NCBI GenBank assembly: GCA_965645245.1
Contig: OZ287082.1
Location: 930,001 to 994,000, forward strand
Length of the DNA: 64,000 nucleotides
Origin: Massalongia carnosa
Lineage: Eukaryota
Direction: 5' to 3'
Part shown: in pieces, positions 13,083 to 25,315 of the stretch
How the letters are laid out: each line of letters opens with the position of its first letter
Numbering within the stretch: the stretch's first letter is position 1
The notes under the pieces: model-generated
What the model saw: the letters and a program-made list of their open reading frames with translations, nothing else
What the model was told of the DNA's origin: nothing
The model's database searches: none
Made by a program: the position numbers and the translations under genes

Positions 13083-13186
13083 CACGCGGATGAAAAAATA
13101 ACTGTCACTATAACTTGGTGGGCGACCTTTACCTCGGGCACCAAATTATAGTGGCACAATGTGACAGTTATTTTTTCACCCGCGTG
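13083..13186. repeat. imperfect ~104-bp hairpin (transposon-end remnant?)
   Basis: Outer arms CACGCGGATGAAAAAATAACTGTCAC / GTGACAGTTATTTTTTCACCCGCGTG; inner arms ACTATAACTTGGTG / CACCAAATTATAGT. Confidence 0.7.
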
Positions 13187-13815
13187 TTTGCCCAGCGGAA
13201 TCAGAATTTTGGCTCCGATGGGCAATACTTTCGGTTGAACCTTTATCCGGTGAATAATTGGCTAATCTAGCCTTTTTATAGGCATCTGTTTTTGAGAACC
13301 CCTATTTCTATTCTGGGAAAATTCCAAACCCCCGTCAATTTTACCTCGCTTCCGCCTTAGGCCACTTTAGTTCTCCTAGAGTAGGTGGCTGGATTATAAT
13401 TGTTGAGAGTTATTATGGGGTAATAGCGATTGAAGGCATAAGATAGTTATCTGTTAGATGGGACATTTTATATGACGGCGTCAATAGCGCCGTAACTATT
13501 CCTGCTCAATGGTGGCAACAATTAGATAAGTAAATTCATGAAATGAGACCTGAATCATTGGGTCTGGATAGGGAGCACCGCGAAGGACCTCCTTAGAAAG
13601 GATGGTGTCCAAAGAGGCTTAGCGCTGTACAGGTCAACCCAATCGTGACTCCATCTCTACATCGTCAAGCTTCTTGGTATATGTTACATCGGATGAAACG
13701 AGGTTGTGGCCCATGAGAACGTCTATAGACGTAGGCATTGGAGGTTGACTATCATGGGTATTCAGCTTCAATGGGCCATGGCTCAGCGGGAGGGTATGAT
13801 TCTTTTGCCGCGCCT

Positions 13816-14358
13816 GGCGTCAGTAAACCGGCTTGTTTCTTGTGTTATCGCTATTTTCAAGCTCACCCTCTACAAGTTCAAATTTCGGGATGCAGTAACT
13901 TGTATATTCAATGGCAGCCTCCCTACATTCTAGAAGACTCGCCAGCGTTGATTAAAGAACAAGAAGATATTCTAAATACGATGACTAAAGGAATCTGGCT
14001 TTTTGTGCTGGACAAGATCGTGCCAGACTATCGAGGGGTAAGATCTCACCCTAATTCGACGACGGGATTGGGGACGTCGGTATATGCGGATGACATAGGA
14101 GCATCAACAGACGCACACAGTGGTAAACTGAGTATAACCAGTTGTCTTCAAAGTCTAACTTATAGTTCCACAGATTTGCATCCCGCTACGTCAGCTTTGC
14201 CTTATCACAAGGAAAGATCATACCGATTAGAACTAACATCTACCTCTAACGAAGCTATGAAGGATTGGGGTCACGACTCCGTGGACTGGGAGACCGCAGG
14301 AGTTGCCGATAAATCCGACCAAGACTCTAATGATGATGGGGGAGTGTCTCTGTTATAA
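13816..14358 (+). pseudogene. C-terminal fragment of an OTT_1508-like nucleic-acid deaminase
   Basis: GVSKPACFLCYRYFQAH...NLYIQWQPP matches the SKxxCxxC..H..Y..W..P signature. The upstream HAE motif is absent. Confidence 0.6.
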
Positions 14359-15541
14359 GGATGCTAAAGGCGAAAATGGATATTATCGTTGCTGGCGATC
14401 AATAAAGCCGACCTCACTGTCTGAACTGCGAGGAAAGTATGTCTGGCTTGCTTTGGAAAAATATGGTTAGCTATAATTAATTTAGAAGAATGCAGTACTG
14501 CTGGAGAAATACTTAACATTGCTGAACCAGCGCCTGGAAAAGAGAGATTGATTGAACAGCCAAGTGACAAACGAAAGCAACGTTTGATACTAACCTCAAG
14601 AGTGATCTTTAAGCCTTCATCAACAACTCGTAGCCAGCCAAGGATCATAAAAACAAATATAAGGATTAAAATCAAGAAGATGCACGTCAAGTTCCATAAA
14701 GAGTGTTTCTTGCAATCGCGCCAAAGTAGAATATGCCCGATTAACAGCGTGAGATATTCCTCAAGACATGTGAGCAGAAGCATCTTGAAGACAGTCCTTT
14801 CATTAACAAGCGCGCCGAGGAGACTGCAGCTTTGTCGGTATTTTTTTCTTCAGCCTCCGAGATCGACTGCCACCTCAAAGCCAGCGATATCTTTAGAATA
14901 AAAAGAACGCTCATTATTGACAGACTGACGTGACAAAACATAGAAAGAGCTTGGCGGCATAACTGCCAAAGGATATTAAACTGTGGCCAATATTAGCATC
15001 TCTAAGTTACAGCATGAACTCAATAAGATACCTCGTAGAGGGGCGGTAAGGCTAGGGACAGGCACATCAAGAGGCGGATTGTAGGCCCAATGCTTCTTTT
15101 ATCTGACACGAGTTAGTATCTTGCCATGCCTTGGCTGAAGCCCCACCCTCACCATCTGTCCAATGCAACAATAGTGCGCTCAAGGTGACAAGAACAGTCT
15201 CAAGAAGAAAGAAGATGCCGCAAACGCATAAGTGTAATGACTGTTGCGACTCCTCCATGAAAGCGCCCCAGAACATCAAACCTGAAGATAGAAGGCTCAC
15301 CAATGAAAGGCTTAATTGAAAGATTTCTGAGCAGACCATATCGTTGTGGACGCTGCGGACTAGTGGTAAGGCAAAACGAGGCAGCACAGCCAAGTGTGAG
15401 AAGGCATCATATTCTCCTCGTAGGATGACAATCTCTAAGCGAGGATCGGGGTTGAGACTGAGTTTTTTTTTCGCGCAATGTTGCCTTTTACTTTAAGTTA
15501 GCTTGCATAATCAAGAATTTAGGCCGCGTTTGGATACGCCG

Positions 15542-15637
15542 TAATCGTCGGCCTCGCTTAGCTGCCTCCATACGAGGTGTATGTACCTTGTATTGCACAC
15601 CTCTCGTATGGAGGCAGCTAAGCGAGGCCGACGATTA
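15542..15637. repeat. 96-bp hairpin with perfect 35-bp arms
   Basis: TAATCGTCGGCCTCGCTTAGCTGCCTCCATACGAG (15542-15576) and its exact reverse complement (15603-15637). Confidence 0.95.
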
Positions 15638-15918
15638 GATGGCTGATAGGAATTTGTCGCCGCATACCATTCTCAGCCTTGCATATATCTTCAATCTTGA
15701 CAGCCTTGCAAAATTTTTCAGCTCTGCATAAATCTTCAGCCTTGCAATTCTTTTCCTCTTTAAAAGCTTCCTTGTTGATAACAATCAAATACTTATCGTT
15801 TCCTCTTTCTTAGCTCACTTTCTTCATAATTCTTCCGCTGTCTCGATCTCGTATTCCTGAGACAACCGTCATCAAAAATTCTACGTGTCAAGGATTTTCA
15901 CTTTTTCCCGTCTTAAAC

Positions 15919-16483
15919 ATGCCCGAGTTAATACATTCGTCGGTGAATCCCCTCAAAGACGCGATCGCCAAAGTCACCTGCAATGGCCGTGACTACTGGA
16001 CCATGACTGGTTGGACGAATCCCGGCACAGCTGACATTCCGACTATGTTTATGGACAGCATCGCCCTTCGCAACCAAGTTGTAAGTGCTCTTTCTTCTCT
16101 TTTTCCTTGTCCCCTTCACCTTACCCCCGTCAACTTCTCTACACTCCTTCTATTCTTCTCCTTTCTGACCTGACATTATTCAGAACGCCACCTCCGGCCT
16201 TCGCGGCACCGTCACCCATCCCAACGGTCAAACTCGCAGTTTTACCATCCGTCATGACTACGACTTCGTGCACGGTATGCCGCCCGCTGGCAAAGGTTAT
16301 CATGTCAATGTTGAGTTGCCACACGAGAAACACGCATACATCACAAATTATGGGCAGCAGTATTTTGAGGATTGCGTACAGATGTTAAGTCAAAGACGTT
16401 ATCATGATGGAGATGTGATGTCGAGTCAATGGTTTATGAATGCATGTATGCCGACGGAGACTCCCAACTGGTTAGCGAATTAG
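15919..16483 (+). CDS. 153-aa hypothetical protein, two exons (15919-16080, 16184-16483)
   Basis: GTAAGT donor, CTGAC branch and CAG acceptor; the phase-0 splice gives an open frame containing IRHDYDFVHGMPPAGKGYHVNVE. Confidence 0.75.
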
Positions 16484-18520
16484 GTAATGAAAATCTCACG
16501 TTAGTCTTTCTCCTGTCATCTTGTCAATTCCTCGAAAGGGATTCCTACACAATTGAATTAAAAACTATTCACTTTTGAATCAAACATAAGAGATATATTT
16601 TTTTGAAAAATAATCAAAAACTATAATAGTAGAAAAAATCTGCAATAAATTCCCGAGTATTCAAATATTGCGGATATAAAATACAAATATAAAACAGTCA
16701 ATACAAATCAAATTAATTCAAAAATCGAATCGAATTTATTGTTAACAAACGTGTTGAAATAAATATATGATTATAATTATATGATTATATAATAAATAAC
16801 AATATGTATGATGATGATGATGATGATTCTTATTCCGATGTGGTACCGGCCGAAGGCCGGCCCATGCGGGCGAGTCTATCTAGTTTTATAGTACATGGAA
16901 AACCTTTTGAGGAAGAAAAACCATGCAATCCTGTGTCCGGCCGAGGACTCTCCGGGTCCCAGCCGTGTGCTCCATGAAAAAACCTTTGACCTAAGACAAG
17001 TATGAAAAATGAAACAAAGCATGCCTACTGTTAGCAGTATAGATGCTGTGCTGTCAGCGAAAATTGTGACAACAAACCTGTCTTCATTAGCCACTTTGTG
17101 ACTAATTTCATTGCTTTAGATGACTCAGTGATTAATCGGTAGTTGTTTGTGCCTATCGTATTTAGCAGAGTTTTTCTGTTGTCGTTGAGTTTGCAAAACA
17201 TGATCACATGTTTTGCAGTCTGTTTGTGCCAGCCACATGAGCAGTTTGGGGACGAGACGTCTGGGACTCGGTGTCTATGTAGGAAGGCGGCTAGGCCTAT
17301 CTTTTCTGAGCGTATCTGAATGGCTAGCGCGCTCTCCGCTTTGGCTAGAGTTTCGTGCAATTTGATGCGTTTTTTGGAGAGTGAACCTGATTGTGCCGGG
17401 GTGGGAACGGGTGTGCGTTCCTGATATGATCTCCACGAGGCCTGCCATGCAACTGTGTGTCGTTTTTTTATTTGAGCAGTTATTTTGTTATGAGCGGCGC
17501 GTGCCTCCTCTATTTCTCGGGTGAGATTCGGGGGGGATTCGGCCCATGGTGGATTTGGTATCGGTGTTGGAGGGTTATGTGCCTCCGATGTGATTCTCTT
17601 AGCCCAGGCGTATTTCAGCGTTCCTGAAGTGATGACTGGGGCCCTCTTGCGTCCTGCCCGACCTCGAAGTTTATTGGCTATTTTGTTGCATGCATTTGTG
17701 ATGAAACTCTTTTGACCATTTCGACACAGGCGTTGTCTGGTCTGGGCCTGTAGTTGATCTAAATGTATATCAATTGAGGCTATAAATGTCTCCGCTTCTA
17801 GTACAGCTATGGGCGTTGCTTTGAAGGCTCCGGCTATGTTTCTTAGACATTTGTTTTGTATGACAGCCAGTTTTTTTGAGATGACGTTTGATTTTTGAAT
17901 TTCTTTTGGCATGTGCCAAATGGTGGAGCCGTACGTCATGGCCGGCCTGACTACGGCGGTGTAAACCTGGCGTGCCTTTAGAAGAGTGGCGCCCCATGTG
18001 GAGGTGGATATTTTTGTCAATGCCCTGGATTATTTTGTCATTTTTTCCTAGATTTTCCTTGTGTGAGCACCCTATTTCAATTGTGAATCGATTTGAAGTC
18101 CTAGAATTCTGATGTCTGTCTTTGGTTTTATGATGTTATTTCCTATTTGAATAACAGTGAACATGTTGAATTTCTTCGGATTTCTTGACAGATGTATCAA
18201 TTCGTATTTCTTCGGAGCGAAGACTGAACCATGTCGACTTGCCCATTTTTCACATTTTTTGTGAATTACCTCTAGCGTCTTGCAATTTTCTTCGGTGCTT
18301 TTTCCATATGCTAGCACATTGATGTCATCTACGAAGCCTAGAGCACTCGTGTTGCTGCCTGGTCTTTCACATATGTCTAGTAGGTGTGTATTGTAGAACA
18401 GATAAAGAATAGGAGAAATGGGGGAGCCTTGTGGGATTCCGGTTTTTACATCGAATATGCCCGTGACTCGGCTGTGAATCGCCAGGGTAGTGCTTCTTTC
18501 ATTCAGAAAACTGTTCACCC

Positions 18521-18789
18521 TGTCACGGATTACAACGCTCTAACCTCAGGCAGCACATGACGTAGTGCTATTCACCTTATCTAACCGAAAACGGATTTAG
18601 CACTGCTTGTAGCGACATTATTAACACGCGTGGTATGAGCAGTTCAACGACGGTGATGAAAACCTGCATTAGGCTTAGCACGGGTATGAGTGTTTATTAA
18701 CCGGCGATATGTACATAGCTTTCTTTCTTCATCTTACTAGTTTTCGTACATAGTCCCTATTAGATTTCTATCTAGGTCGACGTGCTACA
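18521..18789. mobile_element. solo LTR (269 bp) inserted in the LINE RT
   Basis: TG...CA termini; TSD CACCC at 18516-18520 and 18790-18794. Confidence 0.9.
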
Positions 18790-18923
18790 CACCCAGTCAG
18801 TGATCCATTTTGGGATTTTCATTTTGCGAAGATTGTGAATCAGTCTTCGATGTGTCACTGTGTCATAGGCTCCTGCTACGTCCATGCTCAATAATGTGGC
18901 TACTTTGTCTGTGCCTTGGCCCC

Positions 18924-19986
18924 TGTAATGGGGTACGAGACCAGTAAGCTAATCACGAGCGACACTGATCTCGAAAGGGGAAATGCTCAGCGTGAGAGGT
19001 GGAAGATAGCTACTACGTGCTGGTCTCCGAGAGTATACGTGATCCAAAGAACTAATGGATGTGAAAGTGCTTAGACCAAGAGATCTCGTCCGAGACCCAA
19101 ACGTAGGTTGTTCATAGAATAAAGACTAATTGCTAACGAATACAACAGGATTCGTTCTGGTATTTATCCTACTCACCCCAAGCCTATAGCCTTGGGAGCC
19201 TTGGAACCTTAGGAGCCTTGCAACCCACATCTGACCTTATCGCCTTACATCTAACCATCCCTCAGGATCCATCTACGAACTCGGCGTTCGCTGGATCATC
19301 TAGTCAGCCTCGAGCAGCCTTCTAGATCTTCCCTTACAAGGTAGAACACTTCTACCTCCGGCTAGATCCCTCGCCACATTGCTAGCCCGCCTCTAAACAT
19401 AAAGTCTAGACGCCGAGGCTACGTAGCTTCATTTCGCCGTCACCACTACCAACGTAGCGGTGGAAGGTTACCTCCGACTGAATCTCTGTCTACACTGCGG
19501 ACCTGCCTCTAGACACAAGGTCTAGACCACAAGGTCATGTAGGTTCATTCAGCCGACATCACTACCAACGTAGCAATAAAGGTGGAAGCTGAAGTTTACA
19601 CCGGGGAGGCCGAGCTCAAGCTGCGTCCAGCTAGCCGTGCCTCCTGCTACAACTCTTGATCCATCAAGAGATCGAGTAGCTCCGAGTAGGCCAGTAGATT
19701 CCATATAGAGTTCACGGCTAGTCTCCACAGGAGTTCGCCTTACACTCCATGGCAATCTACCACCACGGCCTCGGCAGGTGGTTGATCTGTAAGCAGTCTA
19801 GAACGTAGTAACAACTAATCCAAAGTTGTGTGGCAAGGTGGCGTTGTGGCAAGATAGCGATGTGTCAAGGTGGCGATGTGGCAACCTCGACGGCTATGCG
19901 ACTTCGTACTACGGCTTGGCTCATGCTAGTTAATCCCGCAACCGCCCTAGGCGATCACGTATCCCTCTAGCGCCATCCGTATTACA
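18924..19986. mobile_element. long solo LTR (1063 bp) inserted in the LINE RT
   Basis: TGTAAT...ATTACA termini; TSD GCCCC at 18919-18923 and 19987-19991; internal short tandem repeats. Confidence 0.88.
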
Positions 19987-22900
19987 GCCCCACACTGTAT
20001 GAATTTGTTCAGTCAACAATTCTAGTGTAGATTCGGTTGATCTTCCTCGTCTGGCGCCCATCTGGGTGTCGGGCAGGAGTCGGTGGGTTTCCGCTAGATG
20101 GGTTATTTTTTGTGACATGATGGATTCCATTATTTTTCCAAGCGTGTTTAGGAGTGCTATGGGTCGATAGGCGTTCGGGGCCGAATAGTGATCCTTGCCT
20201 GTTTTCTTGAGCGTGATTGTGTTGGCGGTTTTGAATGCACGAGGATGATATGCTTGTTCTACACATGCTTGAAACAGTAGGGTGAGTAATTCGACTAGCT
20301 TTTCCGAGCATGTCTTTACAATTCTGTTGGCTATTCCGTTCGGACCCGGGGCCGTATCGGGCTTGAGTCGGCGTATGGCTTCCATCACCTCTAGTTTGAT
20401 TATGATCATTGGACATTGTGGCGGGCTGGGGTAAAATGAACCCTCTATGTCGCTGAGGTCGGCCGGAGGGGCGGGTGGAAAGAATTTCTGTTTTAGCATG
20501 TCCGATTTCTCCTCGAACGTCTCTGCTACTTGGTCGTCTCGAACGAGATTGGGCATTTTGGGAATTTCTCTTGTCTGGTCACTTTTGTCTTTCGCCCATT
20601 TGGCTAGTCGCCAGAGACCAGTCGGCGATTCGGTGGCTTTTTCAATTTCCTTGCGGAACGACAATCTTTTAGCCTTTTGAATGATTTTTTGTTTTCTGTG
20701 ATTGGATTTTGTGTATGTTATCCAATCAGAAATGTCTCTGGAATTAGACCAGACACGTCTGAGCCTACGAGTTTCTTTCGTGATCACACTGCATTCATCA
20801 TTCCAAAAGGGTTTGGCGTACTTACTGGGTCTAGCCCAAGGTACAGAGGTTTCTATCACTTCTTGAAGAAATTTTTGAATTGACACGGTGTAAGCATCGA
20901 TTTCGGCGGGAAATCGGGGTGTCTTCGGGGGGGGCGCGCTTCTCTCAGTTTTCTCATGTTCGTCAGTTTCCAGGCCCTGCGTTCTCTGATTGTTTGAACC
21001 TCACTGTTCAGCGCAATTCGGGTGGAGATCGGAATTTGATCGGACGATTGATTGAGTTCCGGTCTTGACATGCAATGTTCTAGTCTATCCGTTAATTCTT
21101 CTGACATGAATACAAGATCGATTGTGCTAGACGATTGTCTAGCCTCCCATGTAATGGTGCCTTTTGGAAGTGTTAGTGATAGATTTGCCTCTTCAATTAT
21201 GTTCAGTAATTTTTCCGACTCCGCATGTTGAGTAGGCCTCGACGAATGATTCCACAATGGATGATGTAGGTTGAAGTCGCCCAGTAAAATGTGTTTTGTC
21301 TCTGCAATTAATTGGCGTTTTACTGTTGCTAGCGTGGACGGACTGTCTATAGAAGAATAGGAAATGGGAGAGGGATTATACACATTGTGGATGTGGATCA
21401 CGTCTGATGTGTTTCCAATTTTCATTCGAATTTTTAGGGTGCACATATCGGCCGACGGATACTCTACTTCCCAGCTATCAGGGTCAATAGTATCATTTAT
21501 GTAGAAACACACTCTGGTGTCTCAATTTGGGCGATATAATAAATGAAACCCACTTTGATGAGAGCTTAACGTAGTAGGAATAGATGGATTGCGCCAGGGT
21601 TCCTGAATTGCGATAATGTCATAGTCTTGAGTGTTCGGATCGGCTAAGAGAGGTAACATTGTACTCACTCTGTCATTTCTGACATTGTACTGCAATATAG
21701 AGAGAGATTTCGTGTCCCTCATAGGACGTCCATTAATTCAGCCTGGGAGGTCGAGGGGTCGTTGGTGGTGTTGTTTGCTCTGATTATCGCCGGGGCAGTA
21801 GATACAGCTCGGGGTCTGAGTGGGGGTCTACCTACAACTGGTTTTGCAAGGGCCTTTGTCATGTTTTCTGGATTCATGATGCCCGTGTCAGCCCAGGATG
21901 TTCCCGTTCGTGGGGGATTCGGGGGGGTATCGGAGGAGGGCGCGGTTTTCCTCTTTTTGCTGTTTGTGCTGCCAAGGACCGGGTTGATGTTTTCGCTCTG
22001 GAACCTGAACGGGGCCGGTACGGGGGCGACTACTGGGTAGAATGGGACCCGTTTTTGCATGGCCCTCTCTGCTTTGCGTTTTTCGACTTTCCTGATTTCG
22101 CAGGATGTTGACCAGGCTTCGTGTCCCTTTTTACTGCGTGCCGCACATTTTCGATATCTACCTGTTGTTTCCATGTTGCATTCGGTGCTAGGATGAGCCC
22201 CAGCACAGTGACCGCAGGCGGTGGGGTTGGGACATGATCGACCTATATGACCATATTTGTGACAATTAAAACATTGCGTCATGGTGCATCCCTTTGTGAA
22301 TCTTTCACAGTCTTTGATTTCATAGTCGATTATGAGACCCTCGGCTATGACCCGATTGGCCGTTTCGGCGGTGGCGACTTCCATATGTAGCGTGGAGAAC
22401 GCCTTCTTTTCCCTTATAGCCGTGGTGGACCAGGCTATTTTCTTTATCTGCAGGTCTGGGTGCAGGCGTGCGTTAGCGGTCTGCAGGTACCCTATGGCCT
22501 GCGATTAATTGGCGGTTTTGATGTGTTCCATCTTGACACCATTTACTCTGACCGAGTATGTCCGTGTCTTAATCACCGCTGAGTCGGCTATTTTTCGGGT
22601 CCATTCCGACTTTTCTTGTAGAGTCTTTTTGACTTCTAGTGATTCAGTGTGAATTTTGAGATCTCCGCTAATGAGTCGCGATACTCCCCGAATCCCCTCC
22701 GTTTCTGCTTGTAGTATCTCCACGAGATCTTTTGTGGGCATGTTCTTTATTTTTTCCTTGTCGCTTGCGCTGGAAATGACTACGGTCATTGCTCTGGCCT
22801 GACGAACTTCTTGTGGTGAGGGTTCGGTTTGTTTTGAAGAAGTGATTGGTTTGGTGCGGCGGGGAATCGGGGGGGCTCGGAGGCTTGACCTCTGGTGGCG

Positions 22901-23474
22901 GCTGCGGAATAGCTGTTTGTGGTTGTTGTGGCTGTCTTAGCACTTTCGATACGGGCTAGACTTCTTTGTATTTCAGTCAGGGTGTCGTGAATGGGCTTCG
23001 GTATGTTTTCGTTGTCGTTGTCGATGCTTCTCTGATTATCGAGAAAATTTTTCACCTCCTCTAGAATCCTGTTCCCTCCGGTTCCCCTCCGTCTCCTATG
23101 CCTATCAGATAGTCATCTATCTTGTACAGCAGTTGATCTCTCTGCTCCGCGTGCGCGATCACGAACGTGTTTTCGAGTTGAATGTTCATCGCGTCCTCCG
23201 TATCTGGTGATGTTTTTCGCGATAGTTTCTATATAAATGTGATCATATGTCAATTCAACAAATCACTAGTTGATCTATGTCTGACTGGATGAAATCTCTT
23301 CACGTCAAGGTCATTCTTCAGCCTTGGCGAACTGCTATTTGACAGCTTTTTGTCACGGACTAGGTCCAGATAGGGAGATATGCAAGAGTTACTATTAGAA
23401 AGCTAGGTCTCATAACAATATGTATAATCTTGATATACAAAACAATAATAATTTATTGGAGTTTATATGACGAA

Positions 23475-23643
23475 TGTAACGAAGAGAGATAGTGAATAGA
23501 TTTCTACCATTGCGCCGCCTGTCCTACTGACTAAAAGGCCAATACTTAGTCCGCAGACCAAGCTCTATTCTACTATAACTGGGACTCCTGCTATGTTCGC
23601 TATAGGTGCTGCCGTCCGCACCACGCATGGTCAAACCGTCACA
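23475..23643. mobile_element. solo LTR (169 bp), copy 1
   Basis: TGTAAC...GTCACA; TSD ACGAA; similar to 25137-25307. Confidence 0.9.
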
Positions 23644-23716
23644 ACGAAAATAAAAGTAATATAATAAAATCGATGTAATTACGATATTAATACGAAGAAT
23701 TAATAACAATAATAGT

Positions 23717-25086
23717 ATGATGATGATTTATTCATACTCCGATATGTTACCGGCCGTAGGCCGGCCCATGCGGGCAATGCTATCTAAGTTATGTTATATG
23801 GAAAACCTTTTCCAGGTGTAAAAACCATATCCCTTAATACCTGTCCGATGTGACACCGGGTCGACGTCGGACAGGAGACGCAGAGCGAAAATCATATGAG
23901 AACTGTGACGCCTTGTGAGATAAGAAGGAAAAGAGAAGTAAAACTACTGTTAATTGTACAATAATGTAGATGCTAGTGAGAATTGGGTCAGTAGACCTGT
24001 TTTCATTAGCCAAGTAGTTAATATCTTTAGAGTTTTATACGTTTCGGTCAGCTGTTGATAGTTGTTCGTGCCAGCGGCGCAAAACATCTGTTCTCTATTG
24101 TCAATAAGTCTACAGAACATAACTACGTGTTCTGGAGATTGTCTGTGCCAGCCACATGGGCAGGCCGGTGAGGTGACGGCGGGGACCCGTCGCTGGTAGA
24201 GGAAGTCAGCTAGACCGATCTTACCGGTGCGGATCTGTGTTGTCAGGGCGCTTTCTGCCTTTTTTAGCAGCGTGTGTATTTTCAGTCGTTTTTTGCTCAG
24301 TGGGACTGATTGCGCTATGGAGGGTTCGGTGACGCGATTTTGATATGCACTCCTCGAGTCGTTCCAGACTTTCAGCTGTCGTGCTTTAATTGTCTGCATT
24401 TGTTTTTGACGAGCCAACGCTGCTACGGAGACTTCGCGGAGATGCGCTGGGGAGGGGTCGGACCATGGTGGGTGTGCTTTGGGTGGTTGAACGATTTTTG
24501 CGTCGATCAGTAGGTTTTTGGCCCAGGTGTGCTTCAGCTCTCCCGGAGTGGATTTTTGAAGGCGTTTGCGACCTGCCTTGCCTCGGAGTTTGTTAACTGT
24601 TTTGCTGCATGCGGAAGAAATGACCTTCGATTGACCTCCGGCTCGGAGTCGATATCTGGCCTGCGCCTGTAGCGTGTCGAGGTGTACATCTACGGGGGCT
24701 ATGTATGTCTCTGCATCAAGAACTGGAATGGGAGTGGCTTTAAAGGCACCGGTTATGGTGCGAAGGCAGTTGTTTTGCATAACTGAGAGCTTGCTCGTTG
24801 ACGTTTTTGACTTTTTGACTTCTTTGGGCATGTGCTATACGGTTGACCCGTATGTCATGACCGGACGCACTACAGCGCTGTAAACTTGCCTTGCTTTGGT
24901 GAAGGTGGCACCCCAAGTCGATGTGGAGATTTTTGTCAATGCCATGGATTGTTTAACCATTTTCTTTTGCGTTTTGCGAACGTGCGGTCCCCATTTCAAT
25001 TTGGTGTCAATTTGCAAGCCTAAGACTCTAATGTCCGTTTTTGGTTCAATTTCGGTGCTTGCAATGTTGATAGATGCAGCCATATT
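23717..25086 (-). mobile_element. 5'-truncated Tad1-like LINE (family B), ORF2 C-terminus and 3' UTR
   Basis: Highly similar to 52870-54188 plus 62635-62689; (CAT)n tail; in-frame TAG at 24835-24837. Confidence 0.92.
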
Positions 25087-25136
25087 ATTGAAATAGGTAT
25101 ATGGTTATAACTATATGGCTATGTAATAAATGACAA

Positions 25137-25307
25137 TGTGACGAAGCGAGATAGTGAATAGATTTCTACTATTGCGCCACCTGTCCTTCCCGACCAAAAG
25201 GCACAATACTTAGTCCGCAGACCAAGCTCTATTCTACTATAACTGGGACTCCTGCTATGTTCGCTGTAGGTCCTGCCGTCCGCACCACGCTTGGTCGAAC
25301 CGTTACA
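25137..25307. mobile_element. solo LTR (171 bp), copy 2
   Basis: TGTGAC...GTTACA; TSD GACAA at 25132-25136 and 25308-25312. Confidence 0.9.
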
Positions 25308-25315
25308 GACAATAT

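Larger units (their letters stand above)
16808..23350 (-). mobile_element. near-full-length Tad1-like LINE (family A), degenerate and interrupted by two solo LTRs
   Basis: ORF1 (~21719-23189) with CCHC knuckles. ORF2 with APE (QYNV, IQEP, GDFNLHH, IDL), RT (YRPIALL, PQGSPISP, FVDD) and C-terminal CSCG..H..C. ORF1/ORF2 overlap at ATGA; (CAT)n tail at 16808-16827. 5' end approximate. Confidence 0.93.

Noticed and set aside
23351..23417. Short TGTCAC...TAACA segment as a solo LTR
   Set aside because: Only 67 bp, with no TSD and no second copy.
23475..25307. Two similar LTRs as the ends of one LTR element carrying a LINE fragment
   Set aside because: Each has its own TSD (ACGAA; GACAA), so they are independent solo LTRs.
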